This document shows positions 27,136 to 37,209 of a stretch of 64,000 bases of DNA, piece by piece. The DNA lies in contig JBFLZG010000130.1 of assembly GCA_040756235.1 (NCBI GenBank), forward strand, positions 1 to 64,000, in the 5' to 3' direction. The position numbers and the translations under genes are program-made. Every line of letters begins with the position of its first letter. Within the stretch, counting starts at the first letter, position 1. The stretch is from a bacterium. Its GTDB lineage: Bacteria > Desulfobacterota > DSWW01. The notes below the pieces were generated by a model. The model was not told the DNA's origin. It saw nothing but the letters and a program-made list of their open reading frames with translations, and made no database searches.

Positions 27136-28689
27136 TTGACACTTGGAGAAAGAATACGCAAACTCCTTTCCCCCCTCGCCCCGCCGCTCATTCTGAGAGG
27201 CAAGAAGTCCCGCTGCAAAGCCGAGCCGGTGCCGGCGGATGAGGCCTTCGATGCCGAACCTGCCGCCATGCTTGCGCCGGAGCCGAACGAGTTCGAGACC
27301 CTGGGCCTGCCGGAGCCTGTCCTTGCAGGCATCCGGGACGCCGGGTTCGTCCGGATGACGCCGATCCAGCGTCTGGGCCTGCCCATCACGCTGGCGGGGC
27401 AAGATCTTTGCGGCCAGGCCCAGACCGGAACCGGCAAGACGGCGACGTTTCTCATCACCCTGTTCGCGAGGTTCCTGCCGGAGCTCGACCCCCGGCACAT
27501 CCAGCCCCTGGCGCTCGTCCTGGCGCCCACGCGGGAGCTGGCCCAACAGATCTGGCGGGAGGGGATGGCCCTTGGCCTCCACACCCCCTTTCGACTGGTT
27601 GCCGTCTACGGCGGAGAGGGGTTCACGGAGCAGGAAGCCAGACTTCGAGCCGGAGTGGACGTGGTGGTCGGCACGCCCGGCCGGCTTCTCGACTTCATGC
27701 GCCGCGGGGTGCTGGACGTCTCGAAGATTCGGTTTCTGGTCATCGATGAGGCCGACCGCCTGCTGGACATGGGGTTCTGGGACGAGCTGAGAGACATCCT
27801 GCGCAAGCTTCCGCCCGCCAAGAAGCGCCAATCCATGCTGTTCTCGGCAACGCTCGACCATCGATCGAAGCGGATCGCCTCCGCGCACATGAACGCTCCG
27901 CAGGACGTCGCCGTGCAGCCGGAGCAGGTCACGGCCGAGGGCGTGGACCAGCTCGTCTATCACGTGTCCAAAGACAAGAAGTTCCCGCTCCTCACGGGCA
28001 TTCTCTCCCGGGAAGACGTGACCAAGGGCTTGATCTTCGCCAACATGAAGATCACCGTGACGTGGCTTGCCAGGAAGCTCAAGGAACACGGATACCAGGT
28101 GGAGATGCTCACGGGCGACATGGCGCAGGGGGCCAGAAACAAAGTCCTCGACCGGTTCAAGCGGGGCTCGGTACCGCTCCTTGTGGCTTCGGACGTGGCC
28201 TCCAGGGGCCTGCACATCGACGATGTGACTCACATCATCAACTACGACGTGCCTCAGGACCCTGAGGATTACGTTCACCGGATCGGCAGGACGGCGCGGG
28301 CGGGCAAAAGGGGCAAGGCCTACACGCTGGCTTGCGACGACTGCTGCTGGTACCTGCCGGCCATCGAAGAGCTCATCGGAAGCTCGCTCCCCTTCGAAAT
28401 TCCGGGCGATCAGGACTTCGGTGAGGACCGGACACCTCACCTCACGGTGCACCGGATGCTGCGCGAGTCCAGGCAGCAGCGAAGGGATCGTCCCAGGTAT
28501 GAGGCCGGCCGCAGCCGGCCGCGCCCGCCTTCCCGCCAGCCCCTGCGCCCCCCTTCAAGGCAGCACGCCCGAGCCGAGGTGAGACCTCCCGCCGGCCCGA
28601 CGGAGGCGCCCGGAGCCGTCAACGGTAGCCGCAGGCCTCGCAGGCGCAGAAAAAAGGCGCCCCCGCAGCACGCACCGCAGTCCAGCTGA
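27136..28689 (+). CDS. DEAD-box RNA helicase (RhlB-like); start uncertain
   Basis: AQTGTGKT, PTRELA, TPGRL, DEAD, SAT, HRIGRTAR; basic C-terminal tail. Confidence 0.95.
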   Translation: MTLGERIRKLLSPLAPPLILRGKKSRCKAEPVPADEAFDAEPAAMLAPEPNEFETLGLPEPVLAGIRDAGFVRMTPIQRLGLPITLAGQDLCGQAQTGTGKTATFLITLFARFLPELDPRHIQPLALVLAPTRELAQQIWREGMALGLHTPFRLVAVYGGEGFTEQEARLRAGVDVVVGTPGRLLDFMRRGVLDVSKIRFLVIDEADRLLDMGFWDELRDILRKLPPAKKRQSMLFSATLDHRSKRIASAHMNAPQDVAVQPEQVTAEGVDQLVYHVSKDKKFPLLTGILSREDVTKGLIFANMKITVTWLARKLKEHGYQVEMLTGDMAQGARNKVLDRFKRGSVPLLVASDVASRGLHIDDVTHIINYDVPQDPEDYVHRIGRTARAGKRGKAYTLACDDCCWYLPAIEELIGSSLPFEIPGDQDFGEDRTPHLTVHRMLRESRQQRRDRPRYEAGRSRPRPPSRQPLRPPSRQHARAEVRPPAGPTEAPGAVNGSRRPRRRRKKAPPQHAPQSS

Positions 28690-28772
28690 TTTCTTTCCGT
28701 CGTTCCGGCGGAGCCCGGAATCGGTCCCTGCTCCACGTACCCCTTGGGGCGGCTCCCTTTTCGTACGCCCTC

Positions 28773-28796
28773 GTAGGGGCAGGGCTTGCCCTGCCC
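28773..28796 (+). repeat. GTAG-type REP-like palindrome
   Basis: GTAGGGGCAGGGCTTGCCCTGCCC between convergent genes. Confidence 0.7.
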
Positions 28797-28806
28797 GACC
28801 CTGCTT

Positions 28807-29817
28807 CTATCCGAACGAGATGCAGATCTTGCCGAAGTGGCCCGCTCCGGCCATGAGCTTGAAGGCCTCCCGGGCTTCCGCGAAGGGGAAGATCTTGTCG
28901 ACTACGGGCTGCAGCCGGTGCAAGGCGATCGCCCGGTTCATGGCTTCGAAGTACTCCCGGCTCCCCACGAAGATCCCCTGGACCCGTATGTTCTTCATGA
29001 GGATCGGCGTGATGTTGAGCTCCTTCGCAGGACCTGCCAGAACGCCGATCAGGCTGATCTGGCCCCCCAGGCGGACGGCCTGAAGCGACTCCTGGAGTGT
29101 GCCGGCGCCGCCGAGCTCGATCACGTGGTCCACGCCCACCCCGCCGGTCCAGTCCCGGGCCTCCTTTCCCCACTTGGGCGTCTTGCGGTAGTTGATCCCG
29201 TGGTCCATGCCCATGGTGCGCGCCCGTTCCAGTTTCTCGTCGCTCGAGGAAGTCAGGACGACCTTGGCTCCCATGAGCTTGGCGAACTGGAGCGAGAAGA
29301 GGGCGACCCCTCCGGTTCCCTGGACCAGGACGGTCTGTCCAGGCCTGACGTGTCCCTGCATGGCCAGAGCGTTCCAGGCCGTCAGGGCCGCACAGGGGAG
29401 GGTGGCCGCCTGCTCGTCGCTCAGGTGTTCCGGCAGATGGACGACTCCGTCCTGCCCGGCTAACATGTATTCCGTCAGCACTCCGTTCAGCGGCCCACCC
29501 AGGGTGGTCCCGGCCTTTTCGACGGTTGGCTCTCCCGAGATCCAGCCCTGGAAGAAAGTCGTGGCTACCCGTTCTCCTTTCTTCACACGGCTGACGCCTT
29601 CTCCTGTCTCCACGACCTCGCCGACCCCGTCCGAGCCGGGAACCAGCGGCAGGGGCTGCTTCGGGTTGTAGAGGCCCTGCACGGTCATGAGGTCACGGAA
29701 GTTGAGTGAGGCCGCCTTCATGCGCAGCAGGACCTGTCCGGGTCCCGGCTCGGGCCGGGGCCTTTCGGCGTGCACCAGGTGGTCGAGACCGAACTTTTGA
29801 ATTTCCAGGGTTTTCAT
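28807..29817 (-). CDS. NAD(P)-dependent alcohol dehydrogenase-like (MDR family)
   Basis: ASLNFRD, PGSDGVG, LPCAALTAW, QGTGGV, HFGKI. Confidence 0.92.
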   Translation of the reverse strand: MKTLEIQKFGLDHLVHAERPRPEPGPGQVLLRMKAASLNFRDLMTVQGLYNPKQPLPLVPGSDGVGEVVETGEGVSRVKKGERVATTFFQGWISGEPTVEKAGTTLGGPLNGVLTEYMLAGQDGVVHLPEHLSDEQAATLPCAALTAWNALAMQGHVRPGQTVLVQGTGGVALFSLQFAKLMGAKVVLTSSSDEKLERARTMGMDHGINYRKTPKWGKEARDWTGGVGVDHVIELGGAGTLQESLQAVRLGGQISLIGVLAGPAKELNITPILMKNIRVQGIFVGSREYFEAMNRAIALHRLQPVVDKIFPFAEAREAFKLMAGAGHFGKICISFG

Positions 29818-30020
29818 TGCGCCTCCTTCTGATGAGAGACGGGATCCGAACGGCTTGACTGAAATTATTGTGCTCCAGGGAGAAAACTTTTTTCAATTCC
29901 CGCCTTGCCGGCACACCCTTTCCCGTGCCCGCCTCGCGCGCGCCCCGTGCGCGCTCTTGAACCGCACGCCCGAAAAAGGCATCTATCGATAATGGTGCTT
30001 TCCAGAAGGAGTGCTGGAGG

Positions 30021-31190
30021 ATGGATACGCCTACACAGGCCCTGTTGGGGGCGACCCTGGGCCAGGCTTGCTTCGGCGGCAAGCTCGGGGCTCGTGCGCT
30101 GGTGTGGGGCGCGCTCGGAGGCATCCTTCCCGATCTCGACCTGGCCGCCGTCCGATTCATGGGGTCCTGGTCGGACGTCCTCCACCATAGGGGCGTGACA
30201 CACTCCCTGTGGTTCGGACCCTTGGTGGGGTCTCTGCTCGGTTACGGGATCTGGAGGTGGCATTCCGGAGGCTGGCGGCGCGAGGCCCGCCAGGCGGGCC
30301 GGGCAGGAGTCGACCCGGCGCCGGCGGATGCGCTCCACCCGGGCGGCCCGCGGATGCTGAGGCCGTGGATGGGACTGCTGGTGCTCGCCCTGCTCACACA
30401 TCCGCTGCTCGATCTGTTCACCTCTTACGGGACCCAGCTCCTCAGTCCTTTCTCCAATCGCCGGTTTGCAATCGATGCGATCGCGGTGGTGGATCCCTGC
30501 TACTCGCTTGTGCTGGTTTCAGCCCTGGCATTCGGGCTCGTCAAAGGGGTCCGCTCGTCTGCTTCGACCCGAGCGGCCCTCGCGGCCCTCGCGATCACTA
30601 CGGCTTACCTGTTGTACGGCCTGGTGCTGAACGAGCGGGCGGAGGCGGCCGTGCGAGAACAGCTTGCCCGGGAGGGGATCCGCGAGGCACGGGTCCGGTG
30701 CTATCCGACCCTGCTGCAGATCTATCTCCGGCGCACCGTGGTCCGGACGGCGGATGAGGTGCGGATCGGCCTGGTCTCCATGTGGAAGCCAGCGCCCGTG
30801 CAATGGGACCGGTTTCCGGTCTCGGAAGGACCGCTCGTCCGGCAGGTGATCCACAGCCGGGCGGGCAGGATCTTCGACTGGTTTTCCATGGGCCAGACAC
30901 TGCCGAGAGTCGAGCAGCGGGACGGCGTGGTGGTCGTGGAGATCACGGACCTCCGCTACGGCTATCCCATGGGTGAGGCCGCGACCGGGCTGTGGGGGAT
31001 CCGCGCGCGGTTCGATGACAACGGCAGGATGCTGGGCAGGATCGAGCGCTTTTACCGCGATCTTCCGCGCACTCGCGAGATGGCCGTCGAGCTCTGGAGA
31101 GATGCTTTCGGGGCAGGGCTCCGGGACGGCCGCAATCTTCCCGGTGAGCGGTTGTCGCTAAACGACCGTTTGCGGCGTTGCGCTTCCTGA
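30021..31190 (+). CDS. YdjM-like membrane metal-dependent hydrolase
   Basis: LPDLD, HRGVTHSL, THPLLDLFTSYG. Confidence 0.88.
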   Translation: MDTPTQALLGATLGQACFGGKLGARALVWGALGGILPDLDLAAVRFMGSWSDVLHHRGVTHSLWFGPLVGSLLGYGIWRWHSGGWRREARQAGRAGVDPAPADALHPGGPRMLRPWMGLLVLALLTHPLLDLFTSYGTQLLSPFSNRRFAIDAIAVVDPCYSLVLVSALAFGLVKGVRSSASTRAALAALAITTAYLLYGLVLNERAEAAVREQLAREGIREARVRCYPTLLQIYLRRTVVRTADEVRIGLVSMWKPAPVQWDRFPVSEGPLVRQVIHSRAGRIFDWFSMGQTLPRVEQRDGVVVVEITDLRYGYPMGEAATGLWGIRARFDDNGRMLGRIERFYRDLPRTREMAVELWRDAFGAGLRDGRNLPGERLSLNDRLRRCAS

Positions 31191-31278
31191 TGAGTTGCCA
31201 GCTGGCAGTTGCCAGTTATCAGCAAGAAAGGGACGACGACTCTCTTCAGCGCGCCCTGCATCAGAAGCACACTCCCAC

Positions 31279-32079
31279 CTACGCCCGCCATGCCGGCAAG
31301 CTCTCGAAGAAGGCGCCGGTCTCCCGCGCCACCAGGTCCCGGTCCACGTCCAGGGGCAGGATGTGGCCCGAACGTCTCAGCAGCAGCGTCTTCCTGCACG
31401 CGGGCCCGAGCAGAGCGGCCAGGGCCAGCGCGTTCTGCCAGGGCACGGACGGATCCCCCCTGGAGTGCACGACCAGGGCCGGCCGGCGCAGGCCGGCGGC
31501 CCTTCTCCTCGAGATCCACTTGAGCTGGGCAAAGCTCGCCTGCGCCGGCGTGAGGTCCGGCCGGGCAGGCGCGGTGCCGGGGTCCAGCCGGCCGGAGCTC
31601 GCGCGGATCCGGGCGCGCACGCCGGGCAGACGCCACAGGCCGGCGGCCGCAACGGCCTTGATCCGGCTCGCGAACAGGGGTGTGGCCAGGAGCGTCAGCC
31701 CCTCGATCCGCTGCTCATGATCGAGGGCCAGCAGCAGGGCGATCAGCCCTCCCATGGAGAAGCCGACGACAAAGACTCGCGAGCAGTGGTTCCGGAGGGA
31801 TGCGAGCCCCTCTTGCGCAGACCGGTACCAGTCACGCCAGCCGTGACGATCGAATGCCTCGGGGCCGGAGCCATGACCGGCCATGAGCACGCCCAGAACC
31901 GAAAAGCCATTCGAATCGTGCAGCCGGCTGCCCAGGTAGCGCATCTCTTCGGCGGTGCCGGTAAGCCCGTGGAGCAGCAGGCAGCCGCTGTTCGAGCCGG
32001 CAAAGAAGAACGGTTCAGCGGGCGAGCTGGATCGCCGCGGCACGGCGGGAGAGGCTGGATGGGGGGCTCGGTCTGTCAC
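31279..32079 (-). CDS. Alpha/beta hydrolase (carboxylesterase-like)
   Basis: LLHGLTG, GFSMGG, D..V, SGH. Confidence 0.85.
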   Translation of the reverse strand: MTDRAPHPASPAVPRRSSSPAEPFFFAGSNSGCLLLHGLTGTAEEMRYLGSRLHDSNGFSVLGVLMAGHGSGPEAFDRHGWRDWYRSAQEGLASLRNHCSRVFVVGFSMGGLIALLLALDHEQRIEGLTLLATPLFASRIKAVAAAGLWRLPGVRARIRASSGRLDPGTAPARPDLTPAQASFAQLKWISRRRAAGLRRPALVVHSRGDPSVPWQNALALAALLGPACRKTLLLRRSGHILPLDVDRDLVARETGAFFESLPAWRA

Positions 32080-32114
32080 GGGAGCTAAATCAGAGCCTTT
32101 CCCATGCCCGATTC

Positions 32115-32263
32115 AGAGGCTGTTCAAGAATGCCCAGATGCCAGGCGCACGGAACGAAGCGTACATGGGATGCACAGTGGACCCCGGCCTTCGCCGGGGC
32201 AGGCTCCCCCCCCACTTTCCCCATGAGTGCAACGCCGCAGATGGGCGTTTTGGGACAGCCTCT
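32115..32263 (-). repeat. Inverted-repeat element copy abutting the panD stop
   Basis: Minus strand TAG|AGGCTGTCCCAAAACGCCCATCTGCGGCG...CAGCCTCT; nested CCCCGGC..GCCGGGG hairpin. Confidence 0.85.
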
Positions 32264-32657
32264 ACATCAGCATGTTCATGACGCGCAAGGTCCGCACCGG
32301 AGGTTCGAGACCGACGGGTTGGTTCTTCTCGTCCACGAGCACGACTTTGGGTTTGTGGCGGTGCACCTCCGACTCGTGCACCCAGGCGAAATGGGCGATG
32401 ATGACGAGGTCTCCCGGGGACGCCTTGTGGGCCGCGGCGCCGTTGATACAGACCACGCCCGACCCTTTCGGCGCTTCCATGGCATAGGTGGAGAAACGAT
32501 TTCCGTTGGTGATGTTCCACACCTCGACTTGCTCGAACTCGAGGATCCCGGCGGCCTCCATGAGGTTTTCGTCGATCGAGATGCTCCCCTGGTAAGCCAG
32601 GTTGGCCTCGGTCACGGTTGCCCTGTGGATCTTGCCGATCAACATCTTGCGCTGCAT
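32262..32657 (-). CDS. panD: Aspartate 1-decarboxylase
   Basis: [16 protein letters not shown] cleavage site, INGAAA. Confidence 0.97.
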   Translation of the reverse strand: MQRKMLIGKIHRATVTEANLAYQGSISIDENLMEAAGILEFEQVEVWNITNGNRFSTYAMEAPKGSGVVCINGAAAHKASPGDLVIIAHFAWVHESEVHRHKPKVVLVDEKNQPVGLEPPVRTLRVMNMLM

Positions 32658-32778
32658 GAGCCTCTCCTCATGGTGCCCGTGAATCTCTCCGAGCCGTCAA
32701 GCGGCTCCCCCCCTTCCCGATATATCCCACCGCCGACAGGGCGGCACGAGTACGTCGCCGCACTCGCTCATTCGTGGT

Positions 32779-33648
32779 TCAAAGTCTTCCTTCTTGAGAG
32801 CGCACGGAAAAGAGCTCGTTGTCAATGAGACGCGTCCGTCCCACGTAAGCAGCGATCGCCAGCACCGAGCGGTCTTCGATCCGATCGACTCCCTCCAGGG
32901 TCTCCGCATCGCAGAGGCTGACATAGTCGATTCGCACCGAGGGCCCGCCGGCGGACAGGATCTCCCGCACTCTGGCGGTGATGGCCCTCGAGCTCCTCTC
33001 GCCGGAAAGGAACAGGGTCCTGGCCTCATCCAGGGACCGTCTCAACGAGAGGGCCTGCTTTCGTTCTTCCGCGTCGAGATAGGTATTCCGGGAGCTCATG
33101 GCAAGCCCGTCAGGCTCCCGCACGATCGGACAGCCGACGACCTCGACGTCCATGTCGAGGTCCCGGACCATCCTCCGGACGACCACGACCTGCTGGTAGT
33201 CCTTGTTGCCGAAGAGCGCGATGTGCGGTTTCACGATGTGGAAGAGCTTCGCCACCACGGTGGCCACTCCGCGAAAGTGGTGGGGCCGGGAGATGCCGCA
33301 AAGGTGCTTCGTGACCTGCTCGACGGTCACGTACGTTTGAAATCCGCTCGGGTACATGTCCTCCGCGGTCGGATGAAACACGAAGTCGACCGCGGCGTCC
33401 TCCATCATCCTGCAGTCGCGGTCGAAGTCGCGCGGATAGGCGGAGAGATCTTCCTTGGGGCCGAACTGGGTGGGATTCACGAACACCGAGGCCACGGAAA
33501 CATCGGCCCTGCTCCTGCCTTCCCGCATCAGCGAGAGGTGTCCCTCGTGCAGGTACCCCATGGTGGGAACCAAGGCGATCCGTTTTCCCGACCCTCGCAG
33601 CTCTTCGGACAAGGCCTGCATCTCGCGTGGCGGCCGGACGACTCTCAT
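32779..33648 (-). CDS. panC: Pantoate--beta-alanine ligase
   Basis: VPTMGYLHEGH, FVNPTQF, KDYQQ, GLAMSSRN, RLIDN. Confidence 0.97.
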   Translation of the reverse strand: MRVVRPPREMQALSEELRGSGKRIALVPTMGYLHEGHLSLMREGRSRADVSVASVFVNPTQFGPKEDLSAYPRDFDRDCRMMEDAAVDFVFHPTAEDMYPSGFQTYVTVEQVTKHLCGISRPHHFRGVATVVAKLFHIVKPHIALFGNKDYQQVVVVRRMVRDLDMDVEVVGCPIVREPDGLAMSSRNTYLDAEERKQALSLRRSLDEARTLFLSGERSSRAITARVREILSAGGPSVRIDYVSLCDAETLEGVDRIEDRSVLAIAAYVGRTRLIDNELFSVRSQEGRL

Positions 33649-33854
33649 ATGGGCAGCCTCGCTCTGCGCGGCGGCAAAGACACGACAGCCTGCCGGGCAG
33701 GGCTGGGGCGCAGAGAAGGTGTTCCGTGACAGCGAAAGAAGTCGGCCGTGTATACGGGGGTGCAATAGGGAAGGACTGCCGACGGTCGCCGGGTCTCGCC
33801 AGATGGGGCCGGGCCCCGGGAAGCAGGTTCCGCTCGGGTGTGCATCTTGTCATT

Positions 33855-33885
33855 CGTCCCGGTCCGATCGCGCGGATCCAGGCGG
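33855..33885 (-). ncRNA. Candidate pan RNA motif (leader hairpin with two bulged A)
   Basis: Minus strand CCGCCTGGATCC-GCGCGATC-GGACCGGGACG folds into a stem with one bulged A on each strand, upstream of panC. Confidence 0.6.
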
Positions 33886-34014
33886 TCAGGAGCTCTCAGC
33901 CGGAAAAGCGCCGGCTGCCCGCGTCAGGTGCGAATGCAGGTGTGCCGGTTTCCTGCTTCGCTCACAAGATTTTGTTCTATTTCACCCGCGTTTGTCAACA
34001 CCCGCCGCCTTCGC

Positions 34015-34054
34015 CATGAGCGCAACGCCGCAGATGGCCGTTTATCGCCGGCCT
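34015..34054 (-). repeat. Left-end fragment of the inverted-repeat element
   Basis: TGA|AGGCCGGCGATAAACGGCCATCTGCGGCGTTGCGCTCATG. Confidence 0.75.
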
Positions 34055-34708
34055 TCAGGACAGCGGATCCACGTCCGGCCCGATGGTTAGGTACCTGACT
34101 CCTTTATCGGCGTTCTGGATCTCCCGGATGAGGTTCTTCAGGTCCGCGTCCCGCTTCACGAAGTCGATGGAGGACGTGTTCACCACCAGGAGCGGGGTTT
34201 CGTTGTACTGGAAGAAGAAGTTGGCGTACGCCTGGCTGACCTTTTCCACGTATTCGGGGTCGATCTCCTTCTCGTACCAGACGGCACGCTTCCGTATCCG
34301 TTTGAGCAGCACCGAGACCGGTGCCTGCAGATAGATGACGAGATCGGGTTTGACGACGCGCTGATCCAGGAGCTGGTAGATCCACTCGTACAGGGCCCTC
34401 TCGTCCTCGCTGAGGTTGAGCGAGGCGAAGATCCGGTCCTTGCCGAAGAGATAGTCGCAAAGCAGGCCCTGGCGGAAAAGGTCGCCCTGAAGGATCTCCT
34501 GCTGTTGCTGATACCTCGTGAGAAGGAAGAAGAGTTGTGTCTGGAAGGCATGCTTTTCGCGGTCCTTGTAAAATTTCCCGAGAAAAGGATTTTCCTCCAC
34601 CCTTTCGAAGATGGTGTGTGAAGAGAACGTTTCGGCCAGGAGCCTCACCAGGCTGGTCTTGCCCACCCCGATAGGCCCTTCCACCACGATGTAGCGGCCT
34701 TCGCCCAT
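34055..34708 (-). CDS. Deoxynucleoside kinase
   Basis: VEGPIGVGKTSL, NPFL, FQTQLFFL, PDLVIYL; RBS GAGGAG before ATG 34708. Confidence 0.95.
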   Translation of the reverse strand: MGEGRYIVVEGPIGVGKTSLVRLLAETFSSHTIFERVEENPFLGKFYKDREKHAFQTQLFFLLTRYQQQQEILQGDLFRQGLLCDYLFGKDRIFASLNLSEDERALYEWIYQLLDQRVVKPDLVIYLQAPVSVLLKRIRKRAVWYEKEIDPEYVEKVSQAYANFFFQYNETPLLVVNTSSIDFVKRDADLKNLIREIQNADKGVRYLTIGPDVDPLS

Positions 34709-34724
34709 GCCGTGCTCCTCTGCT

Positions 34725-34898
34725 GAGGCTGTCGATAGACGGCCATCTGCGGCGCCTGTTGCGAGCGGAGCGAAGCAATCCCCCGTACACAGCAGTGCGG
34801 CGGTCAGTTGTAGCCGGGGGTTTCCTGGTCGCTCTCGCTCCTCGGAACAGGCCTCAGGATGTCGCGCGCCTTGCATCTGGCCATTTCTCACCAGCCTC
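34725..34898 (+). repeat. Inverted-repeat element, type B cargo
   Basis: Common ends with internal TTGCGAGCGGAGCGAAGCAATCCCC...GGGGTTTCCT..CTCCTCGGAACAGGC, shared with 43717 and 45757. Confidence 0.85.
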
Positions 34899-35037
34899 TC
34901 CAGAGGGTGTCTTTCGACACCCTCTGCTGAGCGGGTCCCGGTCGTTTCCCGAGGCGCCACCACACGACTCCCCGGGCGCGAGCCCCAGGATCAGGCACCG
35001 CATTATGGGAAAAAATACCGGGCTTGTCCATTTCTTT

Positions 35038-35895
35038 TCAGGGCCGGGTGAGCAGCGGGTCAGCGGCCAGCGCCAGCTCGACGAACTCCTCGAGGGTGAG
35101 CGTCTCGGCCCTGCAGGACGGGTCGAGGCCGCATCCGCGCAACATGGCCAGGAGCACCGGGTCCGGTGGAGCCGGTGCGAGCGCAAGCCGGAGGGAATTG
35201 TAGAGCGTCTTCCTGCGCGCAGCGAAAGCGGCTTTGACGATCTTGCGAAAGGTTGCCTCCTGTCCTCGGGTGAGGACCCGGACGTCCCGGTTCGGCAGAA
35301 AGCGCACCACTGCGGAATCCACCTTGGGGACCGGATGGAAGCAGTGTCTGGAGACGCGGTATTCGAGGGCGGTCCGGAAGTACATGCGGCTGAGCACGGT
35401 CAGGGCTCCGTAGTCCTTGGTGCCGGGGGAGGCGGTCAGGCGCTGGGCCACCTCCTTCTGCAGCATCAGCACGAGCATGGAGAAAGCCTCGTGTTGGTCC
35501 AGGAGGGAGAAGAGCAGGGGGGAAGAGACGGAGTAGGGCAGGTTGGCGATGACCTTCAACGGGGTCCCCAGCCGCGCCGAAACCCTGCGATAGTCGAACC
35601 GAAGGGCGTCCATGCAGACGAGGAGAAAGCCGGAGCCCCCCGGGATGGCGGCGCGCAGATAACCGGCAAGGCGGCGGTCGATCTCGATGGCGAGGAGCCG
35701 ACGGACCCTGGGGAGGATCTCCCGGGTCAGCGCGCCCGGCCCCGGGCCGATCTCGATGACCGTGTCCTCGGGGCCGAGCTCGGCCAAGCCGAGGATCTTC
35801 TCCAGGACCCCTCTTTCGATGAGGAAGACCTGACTCAGCGAGCGTTTCGGTCCGCCTCCGTAGTCCCGGACATATTCCTTGAGCGTCTTCTTCAT
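35038..35895 (-). CDS. rsmA: 16S rRNA adenine dimethyltransferase
   Basis: EIGPGPGALT, EIDRRL, ANLPYS, QKEVA, PKVDS, RRKTL. Confidence 0.96.
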   Translation of the reverse strand: MKKTLKEYVRDYGGGPKRSLSQVFLIERGVLEKILGLAELGPEDTVIEIGPGPGALTREILPRVRRLLAIEIDRRLAGYLRAAIPGGSGFLLVCMDALRFDYRRVSARLGTPLKVIANLPYSVSSPLLFSLLDQHEAFSMLVLMLQKEVAQRLTASPGTKDYGALTVLSRMYFRTALEYRVSRHCFHPVPKVDSAVVRFLPNRDVRVLTRGQEATFRKIVKAAFAARRKTLYNSLRLALAPAPPDPVLLAMLRGCGLDPSCRAETLTLEEFVELALAADPLLTRP

Positions 35896-35922
35896 TTCTC
35901 TCTGCCATCGTAACCGAGAGGC

Positions 35923-36924
35923 TCACAGAGAGAGATCGGCGTCCACGTTGAGGGTCAGAGGGGCGGATCGGCCCTCCAGCAGGTGCCGGTAGCCCGCGGC
36001 CGCGATCATGGCCGCGTTGTCCGAGCAGAGAAAAGGGGAGGGGATGTGGATCGGGACGCCTTCCCGGCTGCCCATCTCGAGGAGCCTGGACCTCAAACGG
36101 CTGTTGCATGCTACACCGCCCGACAAGACGGCCCGGCGGATGCCGGTCCGTTCGATCGCTTGAGACAGCTTGGTCAGCAGAGTCTGGACAACCGCCTCCT
36201 GAAAGGAAGCGGCTATGTCCGAGAGGTGCTGCCGCACGAACGCTTCTCCCTGGCGGCGCACGAAATAGAGGACGGAAGTCTTGAGACCGCTGAAGCTGAA
36301 GTCCAGCGTGTCGGGCGAGGCGAGGGCGCGGGGGAAGGAGAAAGAGAGCGGGTCGCCGTCCGCGGCCAGCCGGTCGATGACGATTCCTCCCGGATAGCCC
36401 AGGCCGAGGAGCTTGGCGGTCTTGTCGAAGGCTTCCCCGGCCGCATCGTCCCGGGTCTGTCCGAGGAGCCGATAACGGCCGAAGCCCGTCACCTCGTAGA
36501 GACTCGTGTGGCCTCCGGAAACGATGAGGCCGATGAAGGGAAACCGGGGGGCGGGGTCCTCGAGGAAGGACGCCAGGAGATGGCCCTCGAGGTGGTTGAC
36601 GCCGCAGAGCGGAACGTTCAGGACGAAGGCAATGGCCTTGGCGGCGCACAAGCCCACGAGCAGAGAGCCGACCAGCCCGGGGCCGCGGGTCACGGCGACC
36701 CCATCCAGCCCGCTCCACGAGGTACCGGCCTTCTCCAGGGCCGCATCCACGACCGGGACGATCTTTTCCAGGTGGTTGCGGCTCGCCAGCTCCGGGACGA
36801 CGCCGCCGAAGGGGCGGTGCGTCTCGATCTGGGAATGAAGCACGTGCGACAGGATGCGGCTGCCGTCCTCCAGCACGGCGGCGGCGCAATCGTCGCAGGA
36901 GCTCTCGATCCCGAGGATGCGCAT
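35923..36924 (-). CDS. tsaD: tRNA t6A37 threonylcarbamoyltransferase subunit
   Basis: ILGIESSCDD, GGVVPELASR, HLEGH, SGGHT, DDAAGEAFDK, DNAAMI. Confidence 0.97.
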   Translation of the reverse strand: MRILGIESSCDDCAAAVLEDGSRILSHVLHSQIETHRPFGGVVPELASRNHLEKIVPVVDAALEKAGTSWSGLDGVAVTRGPGLVGSLLVGLCAAKAIAFVLNVPLCGVNHLEGHLLASFLEDPAPRFPFIGLIVSGGHTSLYEVTGFGRYRLLGQTRDDAAGEAFDKTAKLLGLGYPGGIVIDRLAADGDPLSFSFPRALASPDTLDFSFSGLKTSVLYFVRRQGEAFVRQHLSDIAASFQEAVVQTLLTKLSQAIERTGIRRAVLSGGVACNSRLRSRLLEMGSREGVPIHIPSPFLCSDNAAMIAAAGYRHLLEGRSAPLTLNVDADLSL

Positions 36925-37209
36925 GTCTTTCTCCATTCCATGAACGCGCGCGGCGCCGTCCGCCGGATCCGATCGCAGGAAACGGCCGCGGCCGCCCTCC
37001 GCCTGCTCTCGGCGCCGCGCGGATGAAGCCGGCGCAAGCAAGAGAATAGCACGGAAGAACGTCGACGTCAGGGCCCGAGCCCGGCGGCCGTAAGCGCCGT
37101 GCCCCGCCAGGTTGCCTGGCTCGCGTGGCTCCCTCTTCGTCTTGATTTGGCCGGGATGCTGTGTCAGTCTAACCGCACACCGACTTCACTCTCGAACAGG
37201 AGCGGAACC

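Noticed and set aside
34709..34963. N-terminal extension of the kinase (similarly the histidine kinase, rimO and the 42305 ACAD ORF)
   Set aside because: The extensions translate the repeat element; better starts lie downstream, with a clear RBS for the kinase and the ACAD
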